Notes: generated by a model from the letters alone, not told the origin. A stretch of 64,000 nucleotides of DNA from Gekko japonicus (GCF_001447785.1 NW_015177041.1:159916-223915); one strand, 5' to 3'; positions 48,801 through 61,544 are shown, counted from the stretch's first letter. Made by a program: numbers and translations.

Positions 48801-51800
48801 AGAGGACGGCGGAAGACCGGAAGGCCTGGCGGGAGCTGGTCCATGGGGTCGCGAAGAGTCGGACTCGACTGTGCGACTGAACAACAACAACAACAACTAT
48901 TTTTGGGGGGCCCTTGAAAAAAAAACCCTTCAAACTCTTATGAATTTCCCCCCTTTTGGAGTGAGTGAAATGCTTTGAAGGACGGGGTGTCACTCAAAAT
49001 GTTTAGTAGGAACATTTTTATATAAGACAAGCTGAAGGAATGGATTATGATGATTCTTATGTGTACTGTAAGCATTTGCAACATTTTAAAGAATACACTG
49101 AAATTTCAACAATTTTGACAACAATCAATATGCTATGTGTTTAATAATGTACTATTAATGCATTAATGTCCTATGTAATGTAATAACATAGTATTAGAAA
49201 ACTGAATATTTTCAGTGTTAAAAAGTTTAATAAGATTCCAGCATGGTAGTCCTACCTATTGTGATGGTATTAGAGAGTTTCTGTCGAAATATTATTCAAG
49301 AGGGCTTTTCTTTGTAGGCAATAGAGTTGCACTCTGCTCAAGGTTTTATTTTTTATCTCTGATATTCAGGGATATTTTATCTCTGAAAATGGGGTCTCTA
49401 CTGCTGGTCATTAAGACTAGGAGTGCCTGATAAATGAAATAGAATTTACATGTTTCAGTAATAGTAACAATCATACAACTTATAAGGGCAACTTGCCATC
49501 ACAACATGCAGTAGCAATGAGATCTGTAAATCAAGACACTGAAGGCAAGAAGGCACAACTAGGCACAGCACAGGTGGTGGATGTAAGGGGTGGGGATTAT
49601 GCAGGGAGTAACAACTTGTGGGAGTGGGGAACTGCTAGGTTAGATGTGAAATCTCTGTCTATGGAGTGTCTAGATTTCCCATCTGTGAGCAGAAGGCTGC
49701 TGCATTTGCCTGGAAATTGTGAGGTTAGTAGACCTGAGAATTACTCAGGTGATGCGTATGGACAGTTGTTCCCTCACTTCCATGCCGTGGGAGTGCATGA
49801 AATGTGGTCGGGGGGGGGGGGGGGTGGGGGAGAGAAATCCAGGGAGACTCTCCCTCGCTCTTGTTCGTCTGTGTTTCCAGGTCTGACTTTGCTGGTGGTG
49901 ACCCACAAAACTCTGACAAGCAAATCCTGAACGTTTATGACCTCAGCAACAAGTTCATCGCTTACAGCTCCGTCTTTGACGATGTGGTGGACGTCCTGGC
50001 CGAGTGGGGATGCCTGTATGTGCTGACTAGAGATGGAAAGCTCCATGCGTTGCAGGAGAAGGATACGCAGACCAAGTTGGAGGCAAGGGGGCTTGTGGCA
50101 AATGTCTCTCTGAGGCTGGTGGGGGTCTGGGCCAAGGCCTTGCTGCTTCTGGCAGGAGCTGTGGGTCAGGACCTCCATTCAGAGGCCTGGCACCCAGCTC
50201 CCCACCAGGAGTCATAAAGCCGTTTGGCTTCTGTCTCTGGCAAGCCATCTGAATCAACAGTTTCTTTTCACATTCAACAGATGCTCTTCAAGAAGAACCT
50301 GTTTGAAATGGCCATTAACTTGGCCAGGAGCCACCACCTAGACAGCGATGGGTTGTCCGAGATCTTCCGCCAGTATGGTGACCATTTGTACAACAAAGGC
50401 AACCACGATGGGGCCATTCAGCAGTATATCCGGTAGGCAAGGGGCAGAGGAGCCCGGCAGAGTTCGGCTCTCTGTCTGAGCTGCCCTGCCACCTTTCTCG
50501 CAGGGTTCCTCTTGCATCCTTTCCTGTGCAGCGATACTAGGGGAGCATTGCCTGAAAAGAAAACGAGTCATGCAAAAGTGCGCTTTGCAAGTTTACCCGG
50601 CAGATGAATCAAAACTGTACTTGGCTTCCCCCCCCCCCCTACGTGGGTGCTCTGGGGTACGGTGGAGTGGAGAGAGCATGGGCAGGGAGACCCGTAGCTT
50701 GCCTCTGAAGGGAGTGGGGCCGTGGCGCAGTAGGGGGAGCACGTGCTCTGCATGCAGAGGAGCCGGCTATTCAGTTCGTGGCATCTCTTGTCTTGTCTTG
50801 TTTTTTAAAATCAGGTTTCCAGTGGTTTTAAGACCTCTGCCCAAGGCCCTTAAGAACCACTGCTTGTCACTGTGTGTGGGGAGCTCCCTAAGGAGAATGA
50901 ACACTACAGGGGTCTGCCAGATCTGACAAGTGCAGGTTTTGATACGCAGCCTTCATTTGTCACGCCATGACTGCAGACTATTTGGGTACCGTGTGAGGGG
51001 GGTGCGAGGCGCTGTGGCTGCTCTGCTGCCTCCCGAGTCCCCTCTGGCCTCCGCAGGCACCGCCTCAGAGGGATCCTAAGGAGACACCTTTCTCCCCAGG
51101 ACCATCGGGAAGCTAGAGCCGTCCTACGTGATCCGCAAATTCTTGGATGCTCAGCGGATACACAACCTGACGGCCTACTTGCAGACCCTCCACCTGCAGT
51201 CCCTGGCCAACGCCGACCACACCACGCTCCTGCTGAAAAGCTGAAAGACGTTGCCAAGCTGGAGGAGTTCATCAAGGTGCGATGGGGCAGGGGTGCCAGG
51301 GCTGCTGTCCCAAAGCTCTTGGGGCTCGCTGGGTGTAGGACTCTTGTGTAGACTAGGAGTCTCTTGGGGAAACCTCTTGGGGGCCATCTCCTGCAGGACC
51401 GCGCCGGCTTTGGCTCAGGCAGTTGGGAAGCCTTGCCCCTTCCCTTTGTGAGGTTCTGAATCTGAAAGGGGAGTGGGGTGGCTGGTGAGGGGGAGGCAAG
51501 CCCAAGGCATTCATGCTGACGGGACTGCGGCCCTAGTGGCATTCTGCTCCAGACACCAAGGAGGCGTGCGTGTGGGGGTGGTCCACAGTCCCATGGAAGT
51601 GAGTTGCCGCGTCTTGCTCCACAGACAAGTGAGAGCGAGGTGCACTTTGACGTGGAGACAGCCATCAAGGTGCTGCGCCAGGCCGGCTGTTATTCCCATG
51701 CGGTGTACTTGGCTGAGAAGCACGCCCACCACGAGTGGTATCTGAAGATCCAGCTGGAAGACATCAAGGTGAGGAGCCGCCGCCTTGCCTGCAGCATCAG

Positions 51801-54800
51801 TCCTTTTGCCACTCCTGAGGAAATGTCTCAGCTGGGGGCAGATGGCCATATTCTTCTGCTAGGCCCTGTGGTTATCCAAACTGGGCATGAAGCCCATTGG
51901 ATCCCATCTGCAGGGACATGAGCTTGCTTGGCTCAGGGGTGGGCACCTCACAGGCCTTCACTGCTTGCTCAGTTAGCCTTTTCCAACTTCCTTTTTGATT
52001 TTTTTAAAAAAATTCTGGAGCTCAAGGCTGAAGTTAGCAGGTCTTCTAAAAGGACGGCTAAACCCCTATTGCTTTCATCTCCTCCTGGGCTGGATCCCAT
52101 AAAAGGACTGGGTCAATACCTGGTTATGCAAGAGCAGTGGCAGGATTGCTGCTTAGTTTGACCCCTGCCCCCAGGTGGTGGGCAGCTGCTTGGGAACTTG
52201 CTCAGTTGCTGTAGGGTTAAATCCTCTTGTGAGACAAAGCATCACCACGAAGCCCCCCCCCCCACAGAACTACCAGGAGGCCCTGCACTACATTGGCAGG
52301 CTGCCCTTTGAGCAGGCCGAGAGCAACATGAAGCGCTACGGCAAGATCCTCATGCATCACGTCCCCAACGAGACCACCGAGCTGCTGAAGGTCCTGTGCA
52401 CCGCCTGTCGTCCAGCGGGGAATTGCGAGGGCCCGCCAGTGCCCGAAGGGCGGAAGGTACACCCGAGCTTGGAGGGGAGCAGCCAGGGCAAGGGGTCGCC
52501 TCGTGATCGTGCAGCTGATGACTGTGAGGAGGAAGTGGGGAGAAGGGAGGAGCAGAGGGCCACGGGCACGGAGGGACTGGAACACAGTTTGTCTGCCGAG
52601 TGGGCGAGCTAGGCTGCAGGACGGGCCTTCGGTGTATGGGGGCAGCAGGCAGCCTGGCACAGAACGCTGGCATGTGAAGCTCCCTGGATCTTCCTTGCTG
52701 GCAGGCAGCTGTCCAGGGCATCAGCCTGGCTCTTCTCATCCTCCTCGCTGATGCCGCAGTCCCTTATTGTGGCTGTCGTCAGTGCGGGTCCTGTGATCCT
52801 CTGCATAGCCCTTTTGGCAGTCCTATTTCACTAGTAGAAAATTGGGCTAGACGTGACCCACTGTCCCTGGAGGCCTTCAGGGCTGAAGCCACTTTGCCAG
52901 GCTGCGGGCAGATATTTCTAGGGTAGTCTCCGGTGCAGGTTGTTCTTCTGATGTGTCCCAGCCGCCGCCTTCCCTGCTTGCTTCGCAGGCCAGCCCAGAG
53001 GAGTTCATTCCCATTTTTGCCAACAACTCCCGGGAGCTGCGAGCCTTCCTCGAGCACATGTCCGAGGTGCAGCCTGACTCTCCGCAGGGGGTGTACGACA
53101 CGCTGCTGGAGCTCCGCCTCCAGAACTGGGACCACGAGCAGGACCCAAAGGTACGTCTGTGCCTCAAGAGGTTCAGGTGCCCAGTGGGGCTTGGCAGGCT
53201 TCTTTGGGGGACCGATCTTGCAGCATCCCTTCATGTATCGGTGGATGTGGTGGCCACCTTGAATACATGAAGCTGCCCTTGGTCCAGCAAGGTCAGTATT
53301 GTCCACTCGGACTGGCAGCAGCTCTCCAGGGTCTCAGGCCTTTCACATCACCTCCTGTCCGTCAGGCAGAGAAAAGTCTTTCACATCGCCCACTTGCCAC
53401 ATCCTTTCTTAACTGGAGATGCTGCCAGTGATTGAACCTGGGACCTTCTTGGCCCTGGGACCTTTTGTGTGCCAAGCAGGTGTTCTTCCACCACTCCAAA
53501 ACCAGCTTCTCAACAGCACACGTGAACACACAGAGAGCTGCCTTCTACTGAATCAGACCCTTGGTCCATCACAGTCTGCACTGTCTGCTCAGACTGGCAG
53601 CAGCTCTCCAGGGTCTGGGTTGGAGTTCTTGCGTATTACCTCCTGCCTGGTCCTTTTTAACTGGAGAGGGTGGTGTACCTGGTTTTAAAGTCTTTTTAAG
53701 CCACCTTCTCACCCAAATTAGAGCCCCTAAGACAGTAAATAATGAAACCATTAAATGATGATAAACACCCATAGATTTGTTTACATTTTATTTATGATTA
53801 CAATATTTACGCTTCACCTTTCTTTGTGGTTCAAGGCAGCTTATAATAGATTTTTAAAAGTTCTTGTTAAAGCCAGAAGATGACACACCCCAAATCTCTC
53901 CCCACCTTAAGTGTGTGTGAGAGAAACAATGACATGAATGGGAGGAAGGGTCAATGAGAATCAATGAAGGAATGCCAGACAAAGCAAAAGGGTTCACCTT
54001 CTGGCAGAGGACAGTGATAGAAGGTGTGAAAGACGAATCTTCCCGAGGAGCGAATTCTGTAGTTTTGGTGCCACAACGGAGAAGGCCCATTCTGGGTTGC
54101 TACCCATCCCGCGTCAAGGAGCAGGGGCAACTGAAGCAGAGCCTCCCAAGGTGACCGATAGTGGTCAGGTAGGTAAACATGGGAGTAGGCAGTCCTTAAT
54201 GTATGAAGGCCTCAATCCATACTGGGCTTTGAAGGTAAGGGCCGAGCACCTTGAACTGTGCCTGGAAGCAAATCAGGAGCCAGCATAAGTGGTACAAAAC
54301 TGGGACAACAGGGTTCCTACAACCCACTCCAGCCAGGATCCCGGCTGCAGGACTTGGCACCCGTTGTAGATTCTGGATTCTCTTCAAGGGCCAGCTCCAA
54401 GCAGAACACATTGCAGTAGCCTAATCTGGATGTTCAGGCCGAGCCAGACCACTGATCCATCTAGCTCAGCATGGTCTACTCTGACTGGCAGCATCTCGTC
54501 AGGTTTCAGGCATGGCGAAGTGTCGCCCCAGGAGTGGGACCAGGCCCGGGACTGTCTGTGTCTCAGGCAGATGCTCCACGGCTGAGCCTGGTGTTCCCTT
54601 CCCTACCCTCTCCTGATGCTTTTGTGGCTTTGGGCTCCTGGCAGGTGAAGGAGAAACGGCACAACGAAGCCATTTCCCTGCTGAAGAGCGGCAGGTTCCG
54701 AAGTGCCTTCGACAAGGCTCTAGTCCTCTGCCAGATGCACGGCTTCAAGGACGGCGTCTTGTACCTCTACGAGCAGGGCAAGCTGTGAGTGCAGAGAGGC

Positions 54801-57800
54801 ACGGGGGTAGCGGCGGCCGCCCTCTTCCTGTCTGGGGAGGGGCAGGCTGAGGGGCGTGCCTAGGGGTGTGGGGAGGAAGGAGCCGGGCAGGGTGGGGTCC
54901 CCACTGGGGTCCCTCGCATCCGGAGGCCTGGATCTCTTCACCGGCCCTCTCCCCTTGTCCAGGTTCCAGCAGATCATGCACTACCACATGCAGAACGAGC
55001 AGTATAGGAAGGTGGTGGAGGTCTGTGAGCTGTACGGAGACCAAGAGCCTTCCCTGTGGGAACAAGCCCTGGGCTACTTCGCCCACAAGGAGGAGGACTG
55101 CAAGGAATACATCACGGCCGTGCTCAAGCACATCGAGACCAAGAACCTCATGCCCCCCCTGCTTGGTGAGAGGAATGGGCTTCGGGGGCAGGCCCCCTGA
55201 TTCTGGGAGGGGGCACGCGGGGGCTCCTTGGCCCCGAGGGGAGCTTCTGCAGGGGCGGAGCGGGAAATGATAAACGGGCTGCAGGCAGAATGGCAGCTGC
55301 AATTCGAGGCAAGGCTTGGCCCTCTGGTCTCTCCCTTCCCGGGAAGGAGCTGCCTGCCCAGCCCTGCTGGGATCAGCAGCCCAGAGAGGCCTCCTGCCTA
55401 GCCGGGGGGGGGGAGGGGCTGTCTAGGACTGCCCTGTTCTGATGGCTCGGGGTGGGTCGCTGTGCTGACCAGACGGAAATCCCCCGCAACATGTTGGTGG
55501 CACGCTGGCCACTGAGGATCAGCCCAGACGCTTCTGGGTCGGGATCGACCTTGAAAGGACTGGTCCCCTACAGCCGAACCCCCTCTTGAGGGGTTGGATT
55601 CTGGTGCCCCACAGCAGATAGACCAGGAGGTGCCCTTCCAGAAAGTTCTGTGCCACGGCCCTGAAAGCCAGGCCCGGCTGCCCGTGACACATGAGAGCAG
55701 CCTGGGGGGAAGTCACAGGAGACCCAGGTCAGGCCCAGGGGTGTGGGCCTGCCTTTCACTGGCTTGCAGTTGTGTAGGTCTGTGAGGCTTGGGCTCCCAC
55801 GGGCAGCAGGGAGGCTCCGCGGTCTGCCTGCAAGCCTCAAGCAGGCGCCTCGGACTGTGTTCCCCCCCCCCGTCGTCTCTCTCAGTTGTGCAGACCCTGG
55901 CCCACAACTCTACAGCCACCCTGTCAGTCATCAAGGACTACCTGGTCAGCAAGCTGCAGAAGCAGAGCCGCCAGATTGAGCAGGATGAACAGAAGATCCA
56001 GAAGTACCGGGAGGAGACCAAGCGGATACGCAAGGAGATCGAGGAGCTGAAAAACAGGTAGCCGCAGCCCCGCCGGGTTCGCTCTGGCTTGGGGCCTTGG
56101 CCTCAGGTCAGAGGGAATGCAACAAAAAACGGGAACACGAATCCAACCCAAAGATTGAAGTAGGTACCATGCAGGTTGAGCAGGACCAATATTAAAAATG
56201 AATTAAATAAAATTAATTTCTTGTACAGTGCGCTTAAAATACAAATTAAAAACTTAGGCCTTGAATATAGCTCCTAGATAGAAACTACTAGACCAAGTAG
56301 TCCTCAGTGGTTTTAACCTGTATTTGAAGTGAACCTGTACAATAAATTGATTTATTTTGATTAATTTTTAACATTGTTCCTGCTCAGCCTTTGCGGTACG
56401 TAACTTTGGTCAGAGGGAGACATTCCTGCCCAATGCTTCCCTACATCCAGCCTTACTTGGTGTAGTGATGCTCGCAATCCAGTTTCTTGGATGGGGCTCA
56501 GATGTTTGTTCGGAAAAGGCATAAGAACATAAGAAGAGCCCAGCTGGATTAGACCAATAGTCCATTCAGTCTTGTCTCACATATTGGCCAACTAGTTCCT
56601 CTGGAGCTCCAGCTATGGGGCACAGAGGCCGAGGTCTTCATAAGAACATAAGAAGAGCCCTGCTGGATCAGACCAGTGAGGGTCCATCTAGTCCACCATC
56701 CTGTCTCATGCAGTGGCCGACTAGTTCCTCTAAAGGGCCAACAACAGAGCATAGAGGCCAAAGCCTTCTCCTGATGTTGCCTCCTGGTGCTGGGATTCAG
56801 AGGTTCCCCCCAGTCACAATAGCTAGTAGCCACTAACCGACCTGTCCTCCATGAATCTAACTAATCCCCTTTTAAAGCTGTTTATTCCTGTGGCTATCAC
56901 TACATCCTCTGGGCAGCACTTTTTCACTCTGTGTAAAGTAGTGCTTCCTTTTGTCTGTCCTGAACCTACTGCCCATCAGTTGCATTGGATGCCCTCAAGT
57001 TCTAGTATTTTGGGAGAGGGGGGAAAAGTTCTTTGTCAACTCTTTACCCCATGTATAATTTTATAAACTTCTATCATACCCTCCCTTAGTTGTCTCTTTT
57101 CTTAACTGAAAAGTCCCAGAGACTCTTCAGCCTTTCCTCCTAGGGAAGGTGCTGCAATCCCATAGTCACCTCGATTGCCCTCCTCTAAACTTTTCCCAGC
57201 TCTGCAATGTCCTTCTGGGGATAGGACGCCCAGAACTGCACACAGTATTCCAAATGAGGCTGCACCATTTGCCTTCCTTAAGAGCTCTGAGGCACACGCC
57301 CATCAGGACCTCCCTGGCTGCTGTGGCAAGGGCTGCTGTGGGTGCCCACCGGCTGCGTGCGGCCTGTTCCCCCGGCTCACCCGGTGTGCCTCCCTCCCTC
57401 CCTCAGCCCCAAGATCTTCCAGAAGACCAAGTGCAGCATCTGCACGAGTGCGCTGGAGCTGCCCTCGGTGCACTTCCTCTGCAGCCACTCCTTCCACCAG
57501 CACTGCTTTGAGAGCTACTCGGAGAGCGGCTCGGAGTGCCCGACCTGCCTGCCGGAGAACCGCAAGGTGATGGACATGATCCGGGCCCAGGAGCAGAAGC
57601 GGGACTTGCACGACCAGTTCCAGCTCCAGGTGGGGCCCTGCCCCACCCCCCGGGGTGGGGGTGGGGTGGGAAGAGAGCCCCCCCCAGGGCTCCCCCCCCT
57701 TCTCCTCCCCCCTGCTCAGGGCCTTCCCTCTCTTGCTCTCGCAGCTCAAGTGCTCCAACGACGGCTTCTCGGTGGTGGCGGACCACTTCGGGCGCGGCGT

Positions 57801-57908
57801 CTTCAACAAGCTCACGCTGGTCACCGACCTCCCCGCGGGCCGCTCCGCCGCCGGGCTCGAGGCCGGCCTGCAGCGGGACTTGCTCATCCACGCCAAGCGG
57901 AGCACCTA

Positions 57909-57909
<1 letters not shown>
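45811..57909 (+). CDS. VPS11: VPS11 core subunit of CORVET/HOPS, 16 exons; apparent frameshift in exon 8 in this assembly
   Basis: Begins MAAYLQWRRFAFFD. Exons 45811-45964, 46370-46518, 46939-47074, 47268/47277-47431, 47540-47787, 49881-50082, 50281-50432, 51100-51276, 51625-51768, 52268-52456, 52989-53150, 54645-54784, 54963-55165, 55886-56057, 57407-57629 (RING: CSIC..HFLCSHSFHQHC..CPTC) and 57745-57909. Confidence 0.96.
45965..46369 (+). other. VPS11: U12-type AT-AC intron (VPS11 intron 1)
   Basis: Donor ATATCCTT, branch site CCTTAAC at 46353-46359 and AC acceptor at 46368-46369. Splicing restores FG-D-MEGQIWFLPR. Confidence 0.95.
48157..48897 (+). mobile_element. Bov-B (RTE clade) LINE, 5'-truncated with uninterrupted ORF end, in VPS11 intron 5
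   Basis: VKEESAKVGLKLNIKKTKIMASGPIT..HEIKRRLLLGRK..VFPVVMYGCESWTIRKAERRRID.FELWCWRRLLRVPWTARRSNQSILKEI..VHGVAKSRTRLCD* followed by a (CAA)n tail. Confidence 0.95.
53260..53670 (-). mobile_element. Fragments of a squamate tRNA-derived SINE (Squam2-like)
   Basis: Two diverged copies of GAAGCTGCC..CTGAATCAGACC.TTGGTCCA..GACTGGCAGCAGCTCTCCAGGGTCT, plus a B-box-like ATTGAACCTGGGACC. Confidence 0.6.
56163..56400. mobile_element. MITE-like element with ~88-bp imperfect terminal inverted repeats and TA flanks
   Basis: The arm at 56164-~56252 is the reverse complement of ~56310-56399. TA dinucleotides lie at 56161-2 and 56401-2. Confidence 0.7.
56520..57270 (-). mobile_element. CR1 LINE 3' end with duplicated tail
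   Basis: (CATAAGAA)n tails at 56520 and 56639, and the CAGAACTGCACACAGTATTCCAA RT C-terminal region. Confidence 0.85.
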
Positions 57910-58005
<96 letters not shown>

Positions 58006-59254
58006 NNNNNNNNNNNNNNNNNNNNNNNNNNNNNNNNNNNNNNNNNNNNNNNNNNNNNNNNNNNNNNNNNNNNNNNNNNNNNNNNNNNNNNNNNNNNNNN
58101 NNNNNNNNNNNNNNNNNNNNNNNNNNNNNNNNNNNNNNNNNNNNNNNNNNNNNNNNNNNNNNNNNNNNNNNNNNNNNNNNNNNNNNNNNNNNNNNNNNNN
58201 NNNNNNNNNNNNNNNNNNNNNNNNNNNNNNNNNNNNNNNNNNNNNNNNNNNNNNNNNNNNNNNNNNNNNNNNNNNNNNNNNNNNNNNNNNNNNNNNNNNN
58301 NNNNNNNNNNNNNNNNNNNNNNNNNNNNNNNNNNNNNNNNNNNNNNNNNNNNNNNNNNNNNNNNNNNNNNNNNNNNNNNNNNNNNNNNNNNNNNNNNNNN
58401 NNNNNNNNNNNNNNNNNNNNNNNNNNNNNNNNNNNNNNNNNNNNNNNNNNNNNNNNNNNNNNNNNNNNNNNNNNNNNNNNNNNNNNNNNNNNNNNNNNNN
58501 NNNNNNNNNNNNNNNNNNNNNNNNNNNNNNNNNNNNNNNNNNNNNNNNNNNNNNNNNNNNNNNNNNNNNNNNNNNNNNNNNNNNNNNNNNNNNNNNNNNN
58601 NNNNNNNNNNNNNNNNNNNNNNNNNNNNNNNNNNNNNNNNNNNNNNNNNNNNNNNNNNNNNNNNNNNNNNNNNNNNNNNNNNNNNNNNNNNNNNNNNNNN
58701 NNNNNNNNNNNNNNNNNNNNNNNNNNNNNNNNNNNNNNNNNNNNNNNNNNNNNNNNNNNNNTCGGCCGGGGCTCGAACCGGGGGGGGGGGGGCGTCTGCG
58801 TGCCAAGCTGAGGCTCTGCCGCTGAGCCGCCGCCCCTCCTCCAACGCCTTGGCTCCCAGTGCCTGGCTAGGCGTTGCAACCTGCTGCGCAGCCCACCTTT
58901 CCCTTCGGCTGGGCTCACCCCACACTCCCCTCCCCTCCCGCCCTCCGTTTTATTCCCACCACAGCCCCGTGAAGCGGGCTAGGCTGAGTGAGGGGGTGAG
59001 CTCCCCCCCCCCCTCAGCCGCCAAGCAGCAGCCGGGCGCACTCTTGCCAAGGAGGCTCCAGGCGGATGATCCTGCACTGAGCAGGGAGGGTGGGTGTTTG
59101 AGTGTTGGGCGAGACGGCCTGTGTGGCCCCTTCCGGCTCTCTGGTTCTGTCAGTCTCTGTGGTGAGCCCTTGAACCTGGATCTTCCAGATCTCCATCTGA
59201 CCTGCTAACCATTCTGACACAACACTGAATTAGTAATGTAGTATTACTAAATAC

Positions 59255-59515
59255 AGCTTCAAGAGGGAATTAGATAAGCGTATGGAGCAGAGGTCCCTCA
59301 GTGGCTCTTAGCCACAAGGTATAGATAGGAACTCTCGGTCTGGGGCAAGGGATGCCCTGTATTCTTGGTGCTTGGGGGGGGCACAATGGGAGGGCTTCTA
59401 GTGTCCTGGCCCCACTGGTGGACCTCCTGATGGCACCTGGTATTTTTGGCCACTATGTGACACAGAGTGTTGGGCTGGAGGGGCCATTGGCCTGATCCAA
59501 CACTGGCTTCTCTTA
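59255..59515 (+). mobile_element. CR1 3' UTR fragment
   Basis: Close similarity to 27718-27975 and 35740-36000. Confidence 0.8.
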
Positions 59516-60194
59516 GGTCCTTAATTGTTACACAATTTATGTACATTAAAAAAAAAGTCATGACAATACTGTCTGTGTTCAAAGTACAAAAGGGTTTCTT
59601 TCCTTCAGTGCACCCCCAGGTAGGAAAAGTCCTCAGATTTTTTTCCTGCTTTGCATTTTGAGTGTCTGGGGCCCTGCTTGTAGAGCCTCCCTTCCTCTGT
59701 GTCATGCCCCAGATGGCTCAAAATCTGTACACCCCTGAATCTTGGATGCACGAGTACTTATTCCAAGGAAGTGTTGCTGTTGGAAATGTTACAGGCCACA
59801 GGCAGTGCAGGCTGAAGCAGACGGCCAGGTCGATGGCCACTGAGTGAGGAAGCAGGGGTGTGTGTGCTTGTGTGTTGTGCCATTTGACTCCCCCCCCATA
59901 TGTGGGTAAAATGACTCTTGTTCACTTGCAAAAATGGCCCCATTGTGAGCTGCCTGAGCGTAGAAGGGGGTGCCTCCTCTTACCACATTTTCCCTAGAAC
60001 AATTTCTTTCTGTGCAGAACCTGGGCAGCTCCTTCCTCGCAGTGCCTGCAGCTGCGCTTCCTTCCAGGCCCAGCCCCTTTAGACCTCCCGCCTCTTCCTT
60101 ATCTCTGGCCCCGCAGGGTGCCTCATTTTGCAAAGAGAGAGGCTCCTGATCAGACACGGGTCAAGTCGCTGGCAAAGACCTCGCAGAGCTGGAG

Positions 60195-60215
60195 ATGGCA
60201 GACGGGCCCAGCCAG
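60195..60215 (+). CDS. HMBS: Candidate upstream coding segment of HMBS (MADGPSQ) in putative exon 60117-60215
   Basis: gagATGg context, a CAG|GTAATG phase-0 donor in frame with exon 61545, and a polypyrimidine tract plus CAG at 60091-60116. Confidence 0.5.
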
Positions 60216-60639
60216 GTAATGGGGGAGGAGAGCCGGAAACCCTGCTTGCCCGCAGGAGTGCTCTGGGAGTCTGCTGCCCGGCACTGTCTGACGGCTGCCT
60301 CCCTTATTATCAGGAGACTCAGTGGCGGAGGCTGGAGTCTCCCCCCGCCGCACGTGTGCACTGCTTTGTCCTCTTTAGGGCCATGGCTTTGCAGCAAGAT
60401 GCCAGGCTCCCCACTAACCCTGATCCCTCTGCAGGAAGGGCTTCCTAGGCCTTCCCTCTGGCCACCAGCTTGTGGCCTCCATTGCTGGGTTTCATCCATG
60501 GGTGGCTGTGGTGCAGATGAGCGGGCTGGGCACACTCAGCGCCTTTCACGTCTTTGAGTCTGTGTTGGAGAGAAGGGCAGAGTGTCATTCAGCTGCGTGG
60601 CGGTGGGCATTGTGGTGGAGCCTAAGGACAGCCCAGGGA

Positions 60640-61000
60640 GGGTCCACCTAGTCCAGCATCCTCTCACCCGATGGCCAACCTGTTCCTCTGGACAGCCAAC
60701 AAGAGGGCAGAGAGGCCGAGGCCTTCCCCTGACATCATCTCCAGGCTCTGGAATTCAGAGGTTGAGCGACTCCGAAGGTGGAGGTTCCCCTCAGTCATCA
60801 TGGCTGGTAGCCACTGATAGGCCAATCCTCCATCAATCGATCTAATCCCCTTTGCAAGCTGTTTATTCCTAGGGCCCTCACACATCCTGCGGCAGCGAAC
60901 TCCACGTTTTAACTAGCATTTCCTTTTGTCTGTCCTGAACCTGCTGCCCATCAGCTTCCTTCGATGCCCCGGAGTTCTAGTCTTTTGAGGGGGGAGAAAA
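60640..61000 (-). mobile_element. CR1 3' fragment
   Basis: Similar to 56670-57030. Confidence 0.75.
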
Positions 61001-61544
61001 ATTTCAAGAGCCTCGGACTCGGGAGGCTTGACTTTGAATTTCCGCTCTGCTGGGAGGCCAGGGGCAGCCAGCTTCCCTCTCGGGCTTGTTGCCAGGATTA
61101 AACGGAGGGAGGGAGGGAGGCCTGCGGCTGGGGGCTGCCTGCAGAGGGGTCAGAACGAGCCCGGGATGGACCCGGAGGTGGAGAGTAGAGCAGGGGACCC
61201 AAAGGAAGGGCTCTGCTGCCAGCAGCTTGGACAGGGAAGCAGGGGGGGGGGGGGGGGGGGGGGATGATCACTTTACGCCATTCAGTTGCCTGTCTGGAGC
61301 CTAAGGGAACCACTGGTGCATCACTAGGGCTCATCTCTGAATGGCGTGAGGCTGCCAAATGTGCCCTTGGTGGGTCGATCCGTGCTGAACCTTCCCAGGT
61401 TCCCTCTTTCTGTCCCTGTTGGTCACACAGTCCGTCTCTCGCACGCACTATGGGCACTGGTCCTGACAAGCGTGCCCTTGTATGCAAGAGTTTGTGGAGA
61501 CCGAAGTTTCGTTTCTTGAAATAACTGGAGGCAAACCTTTGCAG

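Noticed and set aside
57910-58005. About 95-nt poly-G directly after the VPS11 stop, giving poly-Gly/poly-Pro ORFs
   Set aside because: It runs into an N-gap and is typical of sequencing signal dropout, so it is not credible as coding sequence or a G-quadruplex array.
61482-61544. In-frame intronic ATG extending the HMBS exon (MQEFVETEV...)
   Set aside because: Its context is weak, it shows no homology, and a normal CAG acceptor at 61544 explains the exon start.
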